Made by a program: the position numbers and the translations under genes. Positions 20,137 through 29,136 of a stretch of 64,000 nucleotides of DNA are shown in pieces. The stretch lies in sequence record NC_070956.1; one strand, given 5' to 3'. The notes beneath the pieces are model-generated. The model searched no databases, was not told where the DNA came from, and saw only the letters and a list, made by a program, of their open reading frames with translations. Each line of letters opens with the position of its first letter. Within the stretch, counting starts at the first letter, position 1.

Positions 20137-23100
20137 ATGTCTGATGAAAAGTTGGGTATCGCTAAACAGGTAATGTCTCATTTGGGAATAGAGCCCGAGC
20201 AACTTCCCGAGTATATGTTCGACGATAAAACCAAGCGAACCCCATTAACTAATTTGGACGAACGTGTTCTGTCTCATTATGACGAAGAGTCACTGTGGAC
20301 AATGAAGACGGTTCGTTTCCTTAAAGACTTCTCTAGGTTTAACGCAGGTGTTCACCTCGAGACCAATAACGCCACGTTCTTGCGTACCGCTGAGCTATTC
20401 AGGAACATGGGTATCAAGAACTATTACTTCCTTCTTCAAATCAACAACCCTTTGTTGAAGGACGTTAACCCGTGGGATCCTGATCTCACAGACGAACAGA
20501 AACTGATGGTTCTTCAAGAAGCCCAGGAGAACGTTTGGTATATCGTTCGTGAGTTGATCAAGATCGACGGTCGTCGTTTCCGTGCTAACCGTGCGGTTAT
20601 CTCATTTATATGGAGCTGCCTCAACCACCTTCCGACACTTATCTTGATGCCTCGTCAGAGTGGTAAGGATCAGGATGGTGAAACGGAAGTTCTCCGTCCA
20701 GATGGTAAATGGACAAAGATCAAAGATCTTAAAGTCGGTGATGAGGTGTTGGCTCGTGACGGGACAATTGCCAACATAACAGGCTTCTACCCCCAGGGTG
20801 AACAAGTCAGTTATGAGATCGAATTCATAGATGGTCGTAAAACAAAAGCTGGCAGTGAACATCTCTGGACGATGTGGGATCCAAAGAAGAAGGGTTGGGT
20901 CGTCAGGGATACCGAGCACATTAAGGAACGTTTGGATAAGAATGAAGAAGGACTTTCCATTCCTCTCCCTCTTGAAGATCGCGTCACCAAGAACAAGGAC
21001 TACGTTCTTCATCCTTATATCCAAGGTGTTTTGTTTACGGCTGGTGATAAGTCTGGGCTAACATTCAAAACTGAAAAGAATGATGTCGTGGCCAGGGTTA
21101 AGAAACTCCTTACTCGTGGTTGGATTGTTACCAGTGATGGTGATCAACACACCATCTCCATGAGGGCTGATTACGACCCTACGGTTCACCGTAATGTCAA
21201 ACAAGCGATGCGTGATTTCGGTATCGCGGATGTTTCCCCTAAAGACAGAGCGGTTCCGAAAGAGATCATGGAAGGTTCCCACCATGATCGCAAAATGTTC
21301 ATTCGTGGCATCATGGATGTTGATGGTCATATCGAGCGTGGCGGTAGTGTCTATTACGCTAGTGCTGGTGAGAAACCATCTGAAACTGTACAACGGTTGT
21401 TCTGGTCTATTGGTGCCATCTGTAAGGTCACCAAACGCGGATACAAGGTTAACGGGGATGAGCCTGGTGAACGTATCACTCGATACTCATATCGTCTCAG
21501 AGTGCGTTACACGGAGCCTGGTGAGTTGTTCCTTGTTGATGACCGGAGTTTGCTTGTATCGACGAGGGCTGTGCAATACAACAGCAAACTTTCCTTTAAA
21601 TCTATCACCAAGGAAAAGAAGCTTAAACAAAGTTATTGTATCGAACTCGACCATCCTGAAAACTTATACATAACCGACAACTGGATTGTGACACACAACA
21701 CAGTTGGGATGCAGGTAATGGCATTCATCATGCAGTACCTCATCGGTCGTGGATTCAAAGCAGGTCTAATCACCCTGGCTGCATCAAACCGTATGCAGTT
21801 TGTTAACGCCATGAAGAAGATCCGTGCTGGTCTTCCTGAGTACTTGGTGAACGTCACCTATAAGGATAATGACGCCGGTAACATTTTGACCTATCAGGCG
21901 TACGGTGCTGAGAATAAGAATACATTCGAAGTCCGTGTACCTTCTGGTGGTGAAGATGGTGCTGAGAACGTGTCTCGTGGTAGTACGTTTGAAATGCTGC
22001 TCTATGACGAGCCGGCGTGGATGAAGTACATCGAAAATATCATGAACGGTGCCGGTCCTTCTACGTTGACCGCTCAAAAGAACGCTAGAGAAAAGGGTAT
22101 CCCTTACTTCACTGCCAAGGCTACAACGCCAAACAGTATCCTGAAGGAAGAAGGGAAGTACATGTATGGTGAAATGAAGAAAGCGACAGAGTGGCGTGAA
22201 AACTTCTTTGACAGCTATTCTGAATCTCACTTGCTGCAACGTGTCACCAAGGCTTCACCCGTCAGTACGACTCAACCACATATCTGTATGCAGTTTAACC
22301 ACCTTCAACTTGGTTTTGGTAAAGACTGGGTTAAGGAGACTATGGATAAGCTTTCGCTTTCCTGGTCTAAGGCAAAGATTGACTTGTTGATGATGTGGAC
22401 CGAGGAAGGGAAGAACAAGGTATTCGATGATAAAGTTCGGGAGCAACTCGCAAACGTTAAACAGGAGCCTCTGTGGAACGAAGAAATTGCCAACACTGGT
22501 CTATTCATAGACTGGTATTACAGCAATGAGCGACTCAATGAATTCTTCACCGATCCTACTGAATTCTTCTTGATGGGGATGGATACGTCCGATGCGGTAG
22601 ACCGAGATGCGTGTACGTTGATTATACGGCGAATGAAGACTGGTGAGAACATTGGGATAGGTCGTTATCCCCGTGCGTTCCTGGACGACGTGACGACGGT
22701 TCTGAGGGAGATGATAGTGCGGATTGAAAACAGTCTGTTGATTATCGAACGTAACCGTGCGGTTGACATGATCGATAAGTTGCTTCTTACTCTTCCAGCT
22801 CTCGACATTGATCCTTTCAAACGTATCTTCAATGATGTCTATCAAGATCCCGTGAAGTTCCGTAACGAATGGAAAGATGTTCAGGAAGTTCATTTCAAGT
22901 ATCGCACTAAAGAGTTCTACCTGAAATACAAAGAACGTTTTGGTTTCAGAACAGGACCCTCAACTCGACGCCAAATGTACGACTTCCTCCACGAAGCGGT
23001 TAACTCAACTGGTGCAGGATTACGTCACCCAATGCTTGCCGATGAACTCATCGGTCTTGAAACAGATAATGATGGTCGTATCGACCATAGTAGGAAAGGT

Positions 23101-23478
23101 AATGATGACTTGGTCATCGCCTGGCTACTGACATTCTGGTTCATTAAGTTGGGGTACAACAAATCTCTTTATGGAATACCTGCTGGTCAAACACTCATAC
23201 AGTTGACGACCTTGGTTAATGATCCTGACAAGGAAGGGTTCACCAAAGATCAACTTGAGTTGTTTATTAGAATCAAGGATCGAATTGAAGAACTCAGTAA
23301 AGAACTTGAGGATACTGATAACGATATCATAGCCAGACGGATAGAACTTGAGATTCGTAAGTTGGGTGAATATATCCCACGAGAACTCAGGAAAACCATC
23401 ACGATTGATGAAATTCTTTCTAACGCTAGTAAAGAACGAAACAAACGTGGTCTGGATAAACGATTCGGACGAGTATAA
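20137..23478 (+). CDS. terL: terminase large subunit, intein-containing
   Basis: Walker A MPRQSGK|T split by an intein; Walker B LLYDE; nuclease motifs GMDTSD and DDLVIAW. Confidence 0.93.
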   Translation: MSDEKLGIAKQVMSHLGIEPEQLPEYMFDDKTKRTPLTNLDERVLSHYDEESLWTMKTVRFLKDFSRFNAGVHLETNNATFLRTAELFRNMGIKNYYFLLQINNPLLKDVNPWDPDLTDEQKLMVLQEAQENVWYIVRELIKIDGRRFRANRAVISFIWSCLNHLPTLILMPRQSGKDQDGETEVLRPDGKWTKIKDLKVGDEVLARDGTIANITGFYPQGEQVSYEIEFIDGRKTKAGSEHLWTMWDPKKKGWVVRDTEHIKERLDKNEEGLSIPLPLEDRVTKNKDYVLHPYIQGVLFTAGDKSGLTFKTEKNDVVARVKKLLTRGWIVTSDGDQHTISMRADYDPTVHRNVKQAMRDFGIADVSPKDRAVPKEIMEGSHHDRKMFIRGIMDVDGHIERGGSVYYASAGEKPSETVQRLFWSIGAICKVTKRGYKVNGDEPGERITRYSYRLRVRYTEPGELFLVDDRSLLVSTRAVQYNSKLSFKSITKEKKLKQSYCIELDHPENLYITDNWIVTHNTVGMQVMAFIMQYLIGRGFKAGLITLAASNRMQFVNAMKKIRAGLPEYLVNVTYKDNDAGNILTYQAYGAENKNTFEVRVPSGGEDGAENVSRGSTFEMLLYDEPAWMKYIENIMNGAGPSTLTAQKNAREKGIPYFTAKATTPNSILKEEGKYMYGEMKKATEWRENFFDSYSESHLLQRVTKASPVSTTQPHICMQFNHLQLGFGKDWVKETMDKLSLSWSKAKIDLLMMWTEEGKNKVFDDKVREQLANVKQEPLWNEEIANTGLFIDWYYSNERLNEFFTDPTEFFLMGMDTSDAVDRDACTLIIRRMKTGENIGIGRYPRAFLDDVTTVLREMIVRIENSLLIIERNRAVDMIDKLLLTLPALDIDPFKRIFNDVYQDPVKFRNEWKDVQEVHFKYRTKEFYLKYKERFGFRTGPSTRRQMYDFLHEAVNSTGAGLRHPMLADELIGLETDNDGRIDHSRKGNDDLVIAWLLTFWFIKLGYNKSLYGIPAGQTLIQLTTLVNDPDKEGFTKDQLELFIRIKDRIEELSKELEDTDNDIIARRIELEIRKLGEYIPRELRKTITIDEILSNASKERNKRGLDKRFGRV
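20668..21699 (+). mobile_element. intein (344 aa) with LAGLIDADG homing-endonuclease domain; class-3-type W/C/T signature
   Basis: inserted after GK of Walker A; block B SEHLW, block E FIRGIMDVDG, block F SYCIEL, C-terminal VTHN followed by Thr+1. Confidence 0.9.
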
Positions 23479-23484
23479 ACATAA

Positions 23485-23518
23485 GACCCCTACCCCATCC
23501 TTTCGGAGGGGTAGGGGT
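23485..23518 (+). terminator. intrinsic terminator after terL
   Basis: ACCCCTACCCC...GGGGTAGGGGT hairpin followed by TTT. Confidence 0.75.
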
Positions 23519-23535
23519 TTATGCACTTCATTTTA

Positions 23536-23562
23536 TTTCAAACCGATATTACTTAGTTGATA
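23536..23562 (+). promoter_or_regulatory. putative phage early promoter
   Basis: TTTCAAACCGATATTACTTAGTTGATA. Confidence 0.55.
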
Positions 23563-23628
23563 AGCCAAGTCGGTTTATCGCCAGTTGTAACAGCAACTGG
23601 CATCACTCTTCAACTTTAGGAGTACTAC

Positions 23629-23772
23629 ATGTACACTACGATCAAACTTAAACCTCAAAACGGCGGCCAGAAATCCGCTGAAGAGAGGCGTAACGAGATG
23701 AGGCAATACGCTCAATCTCAATTTCCAGGAATGGTTGTAACCAAAGCGTACACACCCAGTCCTTCTGCATAA
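23629..23772 (+). CDS. small hypothetical protein (47 aa; not in ORF track)
   Basis: TTAGGAG RBS; MYTTIKLKPQNGGQKSAEERRNEMRQYAQSQFPGMVVTKAYTPSPSA; own promoter and terminator. Confidence 0.65.
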   Translation: MYTTIKLKPQNGGQKSAEERRNEMRQYAQSQFPGMVVTKAYTPSPSA

Positions 23773-23795
23773 TATAACTATTATGCGTAAATAAA

Positions 23796-23822
23796 TACCC
23801 ACCTCCAATGGAGGTGGGTATT
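23796..23822. terminator. bidirectional terminator
   Basis: ATACCCACCTCC-AAT-GGAGGTGGGTAT. Confidence 0.8.
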
Positions 23823-23841
23823 ACAACCAGATCTATTTTTT

Positions 23842-24534
23842 TTATGCAAAATACATTGCGGCTTTTGCTTGTTTCTGCATGTCGGTCATTTTGTTCCGTT
23901 TCTTGGTGATTGCGCATTTGGAACTCTTCTGGAGTTTCAGAATAGTTTCAACGTTGTGCTGATCTTCGGAAAGGATATGGACGACCGTGTCGGATGTTTC
24001 TTCGAGATACTTGAGTGCTTTCTTGTACTTGGTGCGATAGCTCTCGAATACGGCTTTATCCAGGAACATGCGGTCCTTGGCATCAACTGGTCGACCACTG
24101 GCTTCTACATCGTTGAAACGTTTCACGAACGTCTCGTGAGTGATATCAACGAAGAAGATAATGTCGGGGTTGATGTTGTACCCGTAGGTTTGCAGCAGGC
24201 GACGGTTGTATTCCAGTACTTCTACCATGCTCACAACGTCATCGGATTGATACACCATGGAAGACACCACGTTGCGATCAGAGATGACATCACGGCTATG
24301 GGAAAGGTACGGATGGATGACCTGCTTAAAAGCTTCAACACGAGCTACTGCGTAACCCTGGATCTCTTCATCCTTGGTCAGCGTGTTGGATACCAGCTTT
24401 TCTTTCAGTGCTTTGAAGGACGGAGAACCGGTAAAGGGTTCCATCACTTGTTTGGCTTTGGTGTGCTTGGCGTGCGCATTTGCCAGTGTGGATTTACCTG
24501 CGAAATCCAGACCTTCATAGACTATGTAACTCAC
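23842..24534 (-). CDS. tmk: thymidylate (dTMP) kinase
   Basis: P-loop YEGLDFAGKST; ISDRNVVSSMVYQ motif. Confidence 0.9.
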   Translation of the reverse strand: MSYIVYEGLDFAGKSTLANAHAKHTKAKQVMEPFTGSPSFKALKEKLVSNTLTKDEEIQGYAVARVEAFKQVIHPYLSHSRDVISDRNVVSSMVYQSDDVVSMVEVLEYNRRLLQTYGYNINPDIIFFVDITHETFVKRFNDVEASGRPVDAKDRMFLDKAVFESYRTKYKKALKYLEETSDTVVHILSEDQHNVETILKLQKSSKCAITKKRNKMTDMQKQAKAAMYFA

Positions 24535-26027
24535 TTGTAATACTCCAGGGTTAAAGTTCGAATAACGATGTACAGCATCAGTGCTGTGCGGAGACTAGAG
24601 ACTGTGTATTGAGTACGAATACCAGTCATGGCACGGATGATTTCATCACCATTACGGCGAAGTTTGTGTAACAGGGCATTGGAAGACTTGTTGGATGTAT
24701 AAGCACCACGCAGCTTATAAACCACGTTCTTCAAATCGGTGTGACGGATTGAGTTGGAAGAGAGATATTCAAAAAGATGTATGACGCAGTCGTCAACAAA
24801 TTCTCGATAGTCTTCACCCTTCTTGTGATTGTACTGTGCGGGGAAATCACGAATGACCATCGTGAGTTTATCCTCGAACTGGGTACTGGTTCTCGAATCA
24901 TCAACGGCACGCGCCGCGTAACCAACCAGTTCTTGCTTGTAGAAACTGGTTCCGTCGTTAACAACACCATTGATGTAGTTACGATACTTGTTTACGTGCT
25001 TTTGCACATCTTTGATATTGACTTCACCGTCCATCATGGCGAGTCCATTATCAGTCGCTACCAGGTCAACGTTATCTTTGATTTCATAGAGGACTTTGGT
25101 GTAATCGTTGATAACACCTTTGAGCCGTGACTCCATGTCATTCACCATGTAAACAATGCGTTTGTCATCGTTCAACTTAGTGAATGTATCAAAGTGAATA
25201 CCTGTCTTGGGATTGATAACGAATTCCCCACGAGCTTTGAAGAGTTCGTTCCAACTACCGAACCGCTTGATATCAAACTTCATGGAAAGTTTGTTGTATG
25301 CGGTTTGGGCAACACTGGGTTTAACCAGGTAACTGAAGTAGTGGTTCATGATGGAAGTCATGATCCGATAATGGAACAACATAACCAGGTTGATCAGTGC
25401 TTCGTCCTTCATATTCTTGGGAAGGTTAGAAACCCAGACCTTGTGCATCAAGTAAACGATGGAGAGGTTAAAAGCATCGGATGATACTTTAAAGTCTTTG
25501 TTTACCCAGCGAGTCCTGATCAGTTCATCACGAAGTCTGACTTCGTCAACATCAATGATGTCAGAGAAGAAGTTGTTACGATCCGCTGTTTTGAAGACGA
25601 TTCGGTGTGTCCCCAAATAAGGTGTTCCGAAGAACTCGGTGTGATCATTATCTTTGGTGGCGAAACCATAAACAAAGCGACGGAGTTTACTCACCCAACG
25701 CTGATCGATTACCAGATCTTCCACGAGACCGTCAAAGATGTCTTTGACTGCATTATCTCGGTCATAGACAAAGTTAGGCGAAAGCGCTTCGAACCCTGCC
25801 ATGTATTCGATATTGTCGAGGTACGACTCCATACCACCGTACTGGGTGAGTCTGACTTCTGGGCCAAACAAGGTCTCAGGTTCAAACTCTTCCATTCCTG
25901 TCAGGATTTGTTCATCCTGACGCATGGCGCGCATCATCTGTTCGTAGTCACTCAGTTCCGTACCATCGGCATGCTGAGGACCTATCAGACGGAACTTAAC
26001 TGCCCCGCCAGTGATACCATTGTACAT
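24531..26027 (-). CDS. conserved virion (head) protein with probable propeptide
   Basis: 498 aa; acidic N-terminus with G-M-E, G-M-E and G-F-E motifs matching the phiKZ-type S/A/G-X-E head-protease site. Confidence 0.65.
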   Translation of the reverse strand: MYNGITGGAVKFRLIGPQHADGTELSDYEQMMRAMRQDEQILTGMEEFEPETLFGPEVRLTQYGGMESYLDNIEYMAGFEALSPNFVYDRDNAVKDIFDGLVEDLVIDQRWVSKLRRFVYGFATKDNDHTEFFGTPYLGTHRIVFKTADRNNFFSDIIDVDEVRLRDELIRTRWVNKDFKVSSDAFNLSIVYLMHKVWVSNLPKNMKDEALINLVMLFHYRIMTSIMNHYFSYLVKPSVAQTAYNKLSMKFDIKRFGSWNELFKARGEFVINPKTGIHFDTFTKLNDDKRIVYMVNDMESRLKGVINDYTKVLYEIKDNVDLVATDNGLAMMDGEVNIKDVQKHVNKYRNYINGVVNDGTSFYKQELVGYAARAVDDSRTSTQFEDKLTMVIRDFPAQYNHKKGEDYREFVDDCVIHLFEYLSSNSIRHTDLKNVVYKLRGAYTSNKSSNALLHKLRRNGDEIIRAMTGIRTQYTVSSLRTALMLYIVIRTLTLEYYK

Positions 26028-26044
26028 ATTCCTACCTACTTTTA

Positions 26045-26893
26045 TTAGCGCTTACGAGGAACAAGCATACGGATCTGATCAGCCACCCCTTTGGGGTCTG
26101 CATAAGCCAGATACTTCTTGATCTCATCCTCGAAGAACATACGGAATTCATTATGGGCGTCTGCGTAACCCTGGATGTCATCCTGGAGTTCGTTAACGCT
26201 CACACCAAACTTGGCTACAGCCTCTTGCATCCCTCGCCGACAGTTGCGGTAGATGTACGCCTTTGTGGCTAGTACACACAGGTACGCAAACTGATCGTAC
26301 ATTTTTGGTGGGATGATCGAGAAGTGTTCGTCATAGCTAAGAATCACTTTAGCCAGCATGTTGAACAATGCCGAACCCGCGTCACGGATAAGGAACGAGT
26401 TGTTACCCACCATGGTAAATGACGTGAATGTCCGCTGAACGTTGCTATCGTCCAAAGCAGAGATCATACGGTTTACCGCGGAGCCCATTGATCCGCCGCC
26501 ACCACACTGAGGACCTGCAACCAGGTTATAACCGTTGCTTATCATGGAATTCAAATTACCAGGATAAACCTCGATCACTGAGAGGATGCGTCGACCACCA
26601 GTAAGGAAGTCAGGAACGTTGACGTGGACTATACCGCCTTCCAGGTTCTGTACTTGTGCAGAACTCAGATCAATGGTGCTAGTTTCACCACCCGCAACGT
26701 TAAGAAGTGGAGCTACCATTTTCAGTATCACTTTTTCCCGGATACCTTGTTCAATAGAGAACTCGGTGTTGATCGGACCCCAGGAATGTCCGTACCCTTT
26801 ATTAGGGTTGTCAAAGGCGATTTCCAACAAGTAAGGCGAAATGTCGTTAACGCCGTTTACCACGTTGTCGATCGCAAAATCGACCATATTCAT
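26045..26893 (-). CDS. conserved hypothetical/structural protein
   Basis: ORF; likely start MNMVDF after AGAGG RBS; operonic with the previous gene. Confidence 0.7.
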   Translation of the reverse strand: MNMVDFAIDNVVNGVNDISPYLLEIAFDNPNKGYGHSWGPINTEFSIEQGIREKVILKMVAPLLNVAGGETSTIDLSSAQVQNLEGGIVHVNVPDFLTGGRRILSVIEVYPGNLNSMISNGYNLVAGPQCGGGGSMGSAVNRMISALDDSNVQRTFTSFTMVGNNSFLIRDAGSALFNMLAKVILSYDEHFSIIPPKMYDQFAYLCVLATKAYIYRNCRRGMQEAVAKFGVSVNELQDDIQGYADAHNEFRMFFEDEIKKYLAYADPKGVADQIRMLVPRKR

Positions 26894-26996
26894 GTTAAAC
26901 CCTCTTGTCATTAGCTGAATACAAAAGATCGTTAAACGGCATAAACCCACTACCCCAACTAAGGAGGTAGTGAGTTCATAATATTTGACCTTACGA

Positions 26997-27455
26997 TTAC
27001 GAGAAGTCTCGGATTTCTTCCCATGCTTTACCGTACTTATTCAGTACGTAGTTGATGTAGAAAACACCGAAGAGGAAAGTGAGTATGGGGTTCACCTTGA
27101 CCTCGCCTTCGCCACCTGCTTTACCCAGGTTCAGTATAGCCCGGCGGGCACTGAATGCAAAGATAATCATGGCGATGCAGTACATCAGGGATACGACCAT
27201 CCCAAGGACCATCATGATCCTGGAGAACTCATCGGCATCGCCGAGACCGGTCATCCAGGTAGAGATCCCATAGAGCGCTGCTGTGGTGTACAGGAACGCG
27301 CCTGAGAGCACTCGTTCATTACTCTGCTCACTTACGTGAGACTGGAGCTTGTACGCCCACATGAGGTTGTACGCACCCAGGGAGACGACAGAGAGAAAGA
27401 CCATCAACCAGGTGCTGATCTTCATACGGGTTTGGATCATAGAAATCATGAACAT
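26997..27455 (-). CDS. integral membrane protein (DUF4234-like)
   Basis: four hydrophobic helices; YNLMWAYKL and LFGVFYINY motifs. Confidence 0.65.
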   Translation of the reverse strand: MFMISMIQTRMKISTWLMVFLSVVSLGAYNLMWAYKLQSHVSEQSNERVLSGAFLYTTAALYGISTWMTGLGDADEFSRIMMVLGMVVSLMYCIAMIIFAFSARRAILNLGKAGGEGEVKVNPILTFLFGVFYINYVLNKYGKAWEEIRDFS

Positions 27456-27522
27456 TTCATTTCCTTAAAAGTTAGTAAGTTGCAATATATTAACCTTTGG
27501 GTAATTTTTAATAGAACATAAT

Positions 27523-27558
27523 AAAAGCCTCTACTCTCCGGTTAGGGAGAGTAGAGGC
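27523..27558 (-). terminator. intrinsic terminator of the minus-strand RNA locus
   Basis: 13-bp stem GCCTCTACTCTCC/GGAGAGTAGAGGC with a U-tract on the minus strand. Confidence 0.82.
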
Positions 27559-27559
27559 G

Positions 27560-28330
27560 ATTACTGACGTGTACTACCTTCCCATTACTCACTCACTTCC
27601 CGATTATAGATCCGGCCAAAGACCTTATCGGGATCAAGAGAGTAATAGGCTGATAGCAAGTACGTGAGGGGTTCCAAACGGAAACCGTCACTTCTACCAA
27701 CTTCCATGCAGAGCAAGCATGGCGGACCGTTCGACTTCGTTATTAAGGTGCTCTCTGAAGTATAGTTCCCTCAGCTACCCGCCGCGGCCTCAGCCGGGGG
27801 TTTTTGCTAAGGGCATCAGCCTTATATAACGTCGTCACTGTATTGGCACTAACGAATAGAACCATCGGCGCACGGTTAAGGTACCTAAGTGACTCGCGTC
27901 CGTTGGGACGGGAGATATGACTTCCTTATAAAGGAAGAAAGGGTTTTGAACCCAGGATGCCCTGATCCATTGTAATAGACCATCGCTTCACTCCTTTCAT
28001 TAGAACCTTGCATGCCTTTCCGGCCAAAATGGTTCATCAGAGTTACTGTATATGGGAACTGTTCCGTGGGTTCAAAAAGGTATCCCGGACAATGACTAAG
28101 TAACCACACTCCACCCCATCAGCGCAAGCTAATGTAAGGTACGTCATCATCCAGGGAATAGGGCCGAGAACACGCTGTCTTTTAGAAGGATCGCTTTTGA
28201 GTGGTAAGTTCACTCATCTACTGCCAACCGACTTCCCCGTAGGGCTTCGTCTTAACTAACGTGTCTCGGTGATTCGTACTAGTATCTATCTGGTATGTTT
28301 GACACCTTGGGTATCATGGCAAACAGCCTA
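27560..28330 (-). ncRNA. candidate large structured ncRNA (~770-850 nt; possibly GOLLD/ROOL-like or a new class)
   Basis: no credible ORF; dense local and long-range helices; downstream of tRNAs; ends at a terminator; 5' end uncertain. Confidence 0.65.
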
Positions 28331-28424
28331 GGATTAACCTATGTACAAATATAGTTGAGAGTGTAAGTAAGAAACACGGTAACAGGAGGCGGAGAAACCG
28401 TATGAATACACTTACACCCTCAAA

Positions 28425-28503
28425 GGGTGAGAACTCCTGGAATCGAACCAGGGCAATCCCGCGATGGGTTGTGCGGGCGACTTTCCTTTCGTCTTCAGTT
28501 CTC
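28425..28503 (-). ncRNA. tRNA-like element / pseudo-tRNA
   Basis: 7-bp acceptor stem GAGAACT/AGTTCTC, D-loop with GG, T-arm CCTGG-TTCGATT-CCAGG; but 10-nt anticodon loop and ACCC rather than NCCA end. Confidence 0.7.
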
Positions 28504-28505
28504 GT

Positions 28506-28769
28506 TTACAGTTCGATGTCGAAAGACATCACTTCTTGTTCTTCGGTCAACTTGGTGTTAAGATCGTCAAAGCCACCAACGTGTTCATCATCCAGGAAGA
28601 TCTGGGGAACTGTTGTGACTTGTCGACCACACAATTGACTGAGTTGTGTTGTGTCGATTCCGGAAGACTTGATATCGATATATTCGAACGCGATACCTTT
28701 ATCTTCGAGAAGCTCTTTTGCCTTTACACAGTAAGGGCAATTATCCTTTCCATAAACTTTGGCTTTCAT
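28506..28769 (-). CDS. grx: glutaredoxin
   Basis: CPYC active site, TVPQIF and GGFDDL motifs. Confidence 0.93.
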   Translation of the reverse strand: MKAKVYGKDNCPYCVKAKELLEDKGIAFEYIDIKSSGIDTTQLSQLCGRQVTTVPQIFLDDEHVGGFDDLNTKLTEEQEVMSFDIEL

Positions 28770-28792
28770 GGTGTTTCTCTACGGACTTAAAA

Positions 28793-28868
28793 TGGCAGGC
28801 AAGCAAGGATTCGAACCTTGGACATCTGGTTTTGGAGACCAGCGCTCTACCAACTGAGCTACTCACCT
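28793..28868 (-). tRNA. trnW: tRNA-Trp(CCA)
   Basis: 76-nt cloverleaf, anticodon loop CT-CCA-AA, encoded CCA end. Confidence 0.95.
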
Positions 28869-29055
28869 GTAATACGAATTCACATTACTACACACTCGCC
28901 GTTCTTCCTAGTTTCCGTTCCGAACGTTCCACGGTTCACCGTCACCATATACTTTATCCATTCGGACACCATCTGTGGCTATCAAGTACTTAGGTCCATA
29001 TTGGTTATGTCTGTTGACACCCGTGTGTAAACCAGATTAATCTGGGGTGAAAATA

Positions 29056-29132
29056 TGGCAGGGATAACGGGGCTCGAACCCGCGACCTCCGGCGTGACAG
29101 GCCGGCACTCTAACCATCTGAGCTACATCCCT
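29056..29132 (-). tRNA. trnD: tRNA-Asp(GTC)
   Basis: cloverleaf, loop CT-GTC-AC, GCCA end. Confidence 0.95.
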
Positions 29133-29136
29133 AAAT

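Noticed and set aside
27885-28109. 74-aa minus-strand ORF inside the large RNA
   Set aside because: Non-ATG start, no RBS, no recognisable features; better explained as chance within structured RNA.
27560-28330. Group I/II intron explanation for the large RNA
   Set aside because: It interrupts no gene, has no matching exons, and I saw no group II domain V or intron-encoded ORF.
28425-28503. tmRNA tRNA-like domain or RNase P RNA start (GGAAAGTC resembles the RNase P motif)
   Set aside because: No G3-U70 alanine identity and no tag ORF. The GGAAAGTC lies in the D-arm, and no RNase P 3' conserved motif (CGGCTTA) is visible downstream.
28870-29050. Additional tRNA or gene between trnW and trnD
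   Set aside because: No T-loop or cloverleaf; only ORFs of 30 codons or fewer without a clear RBS.
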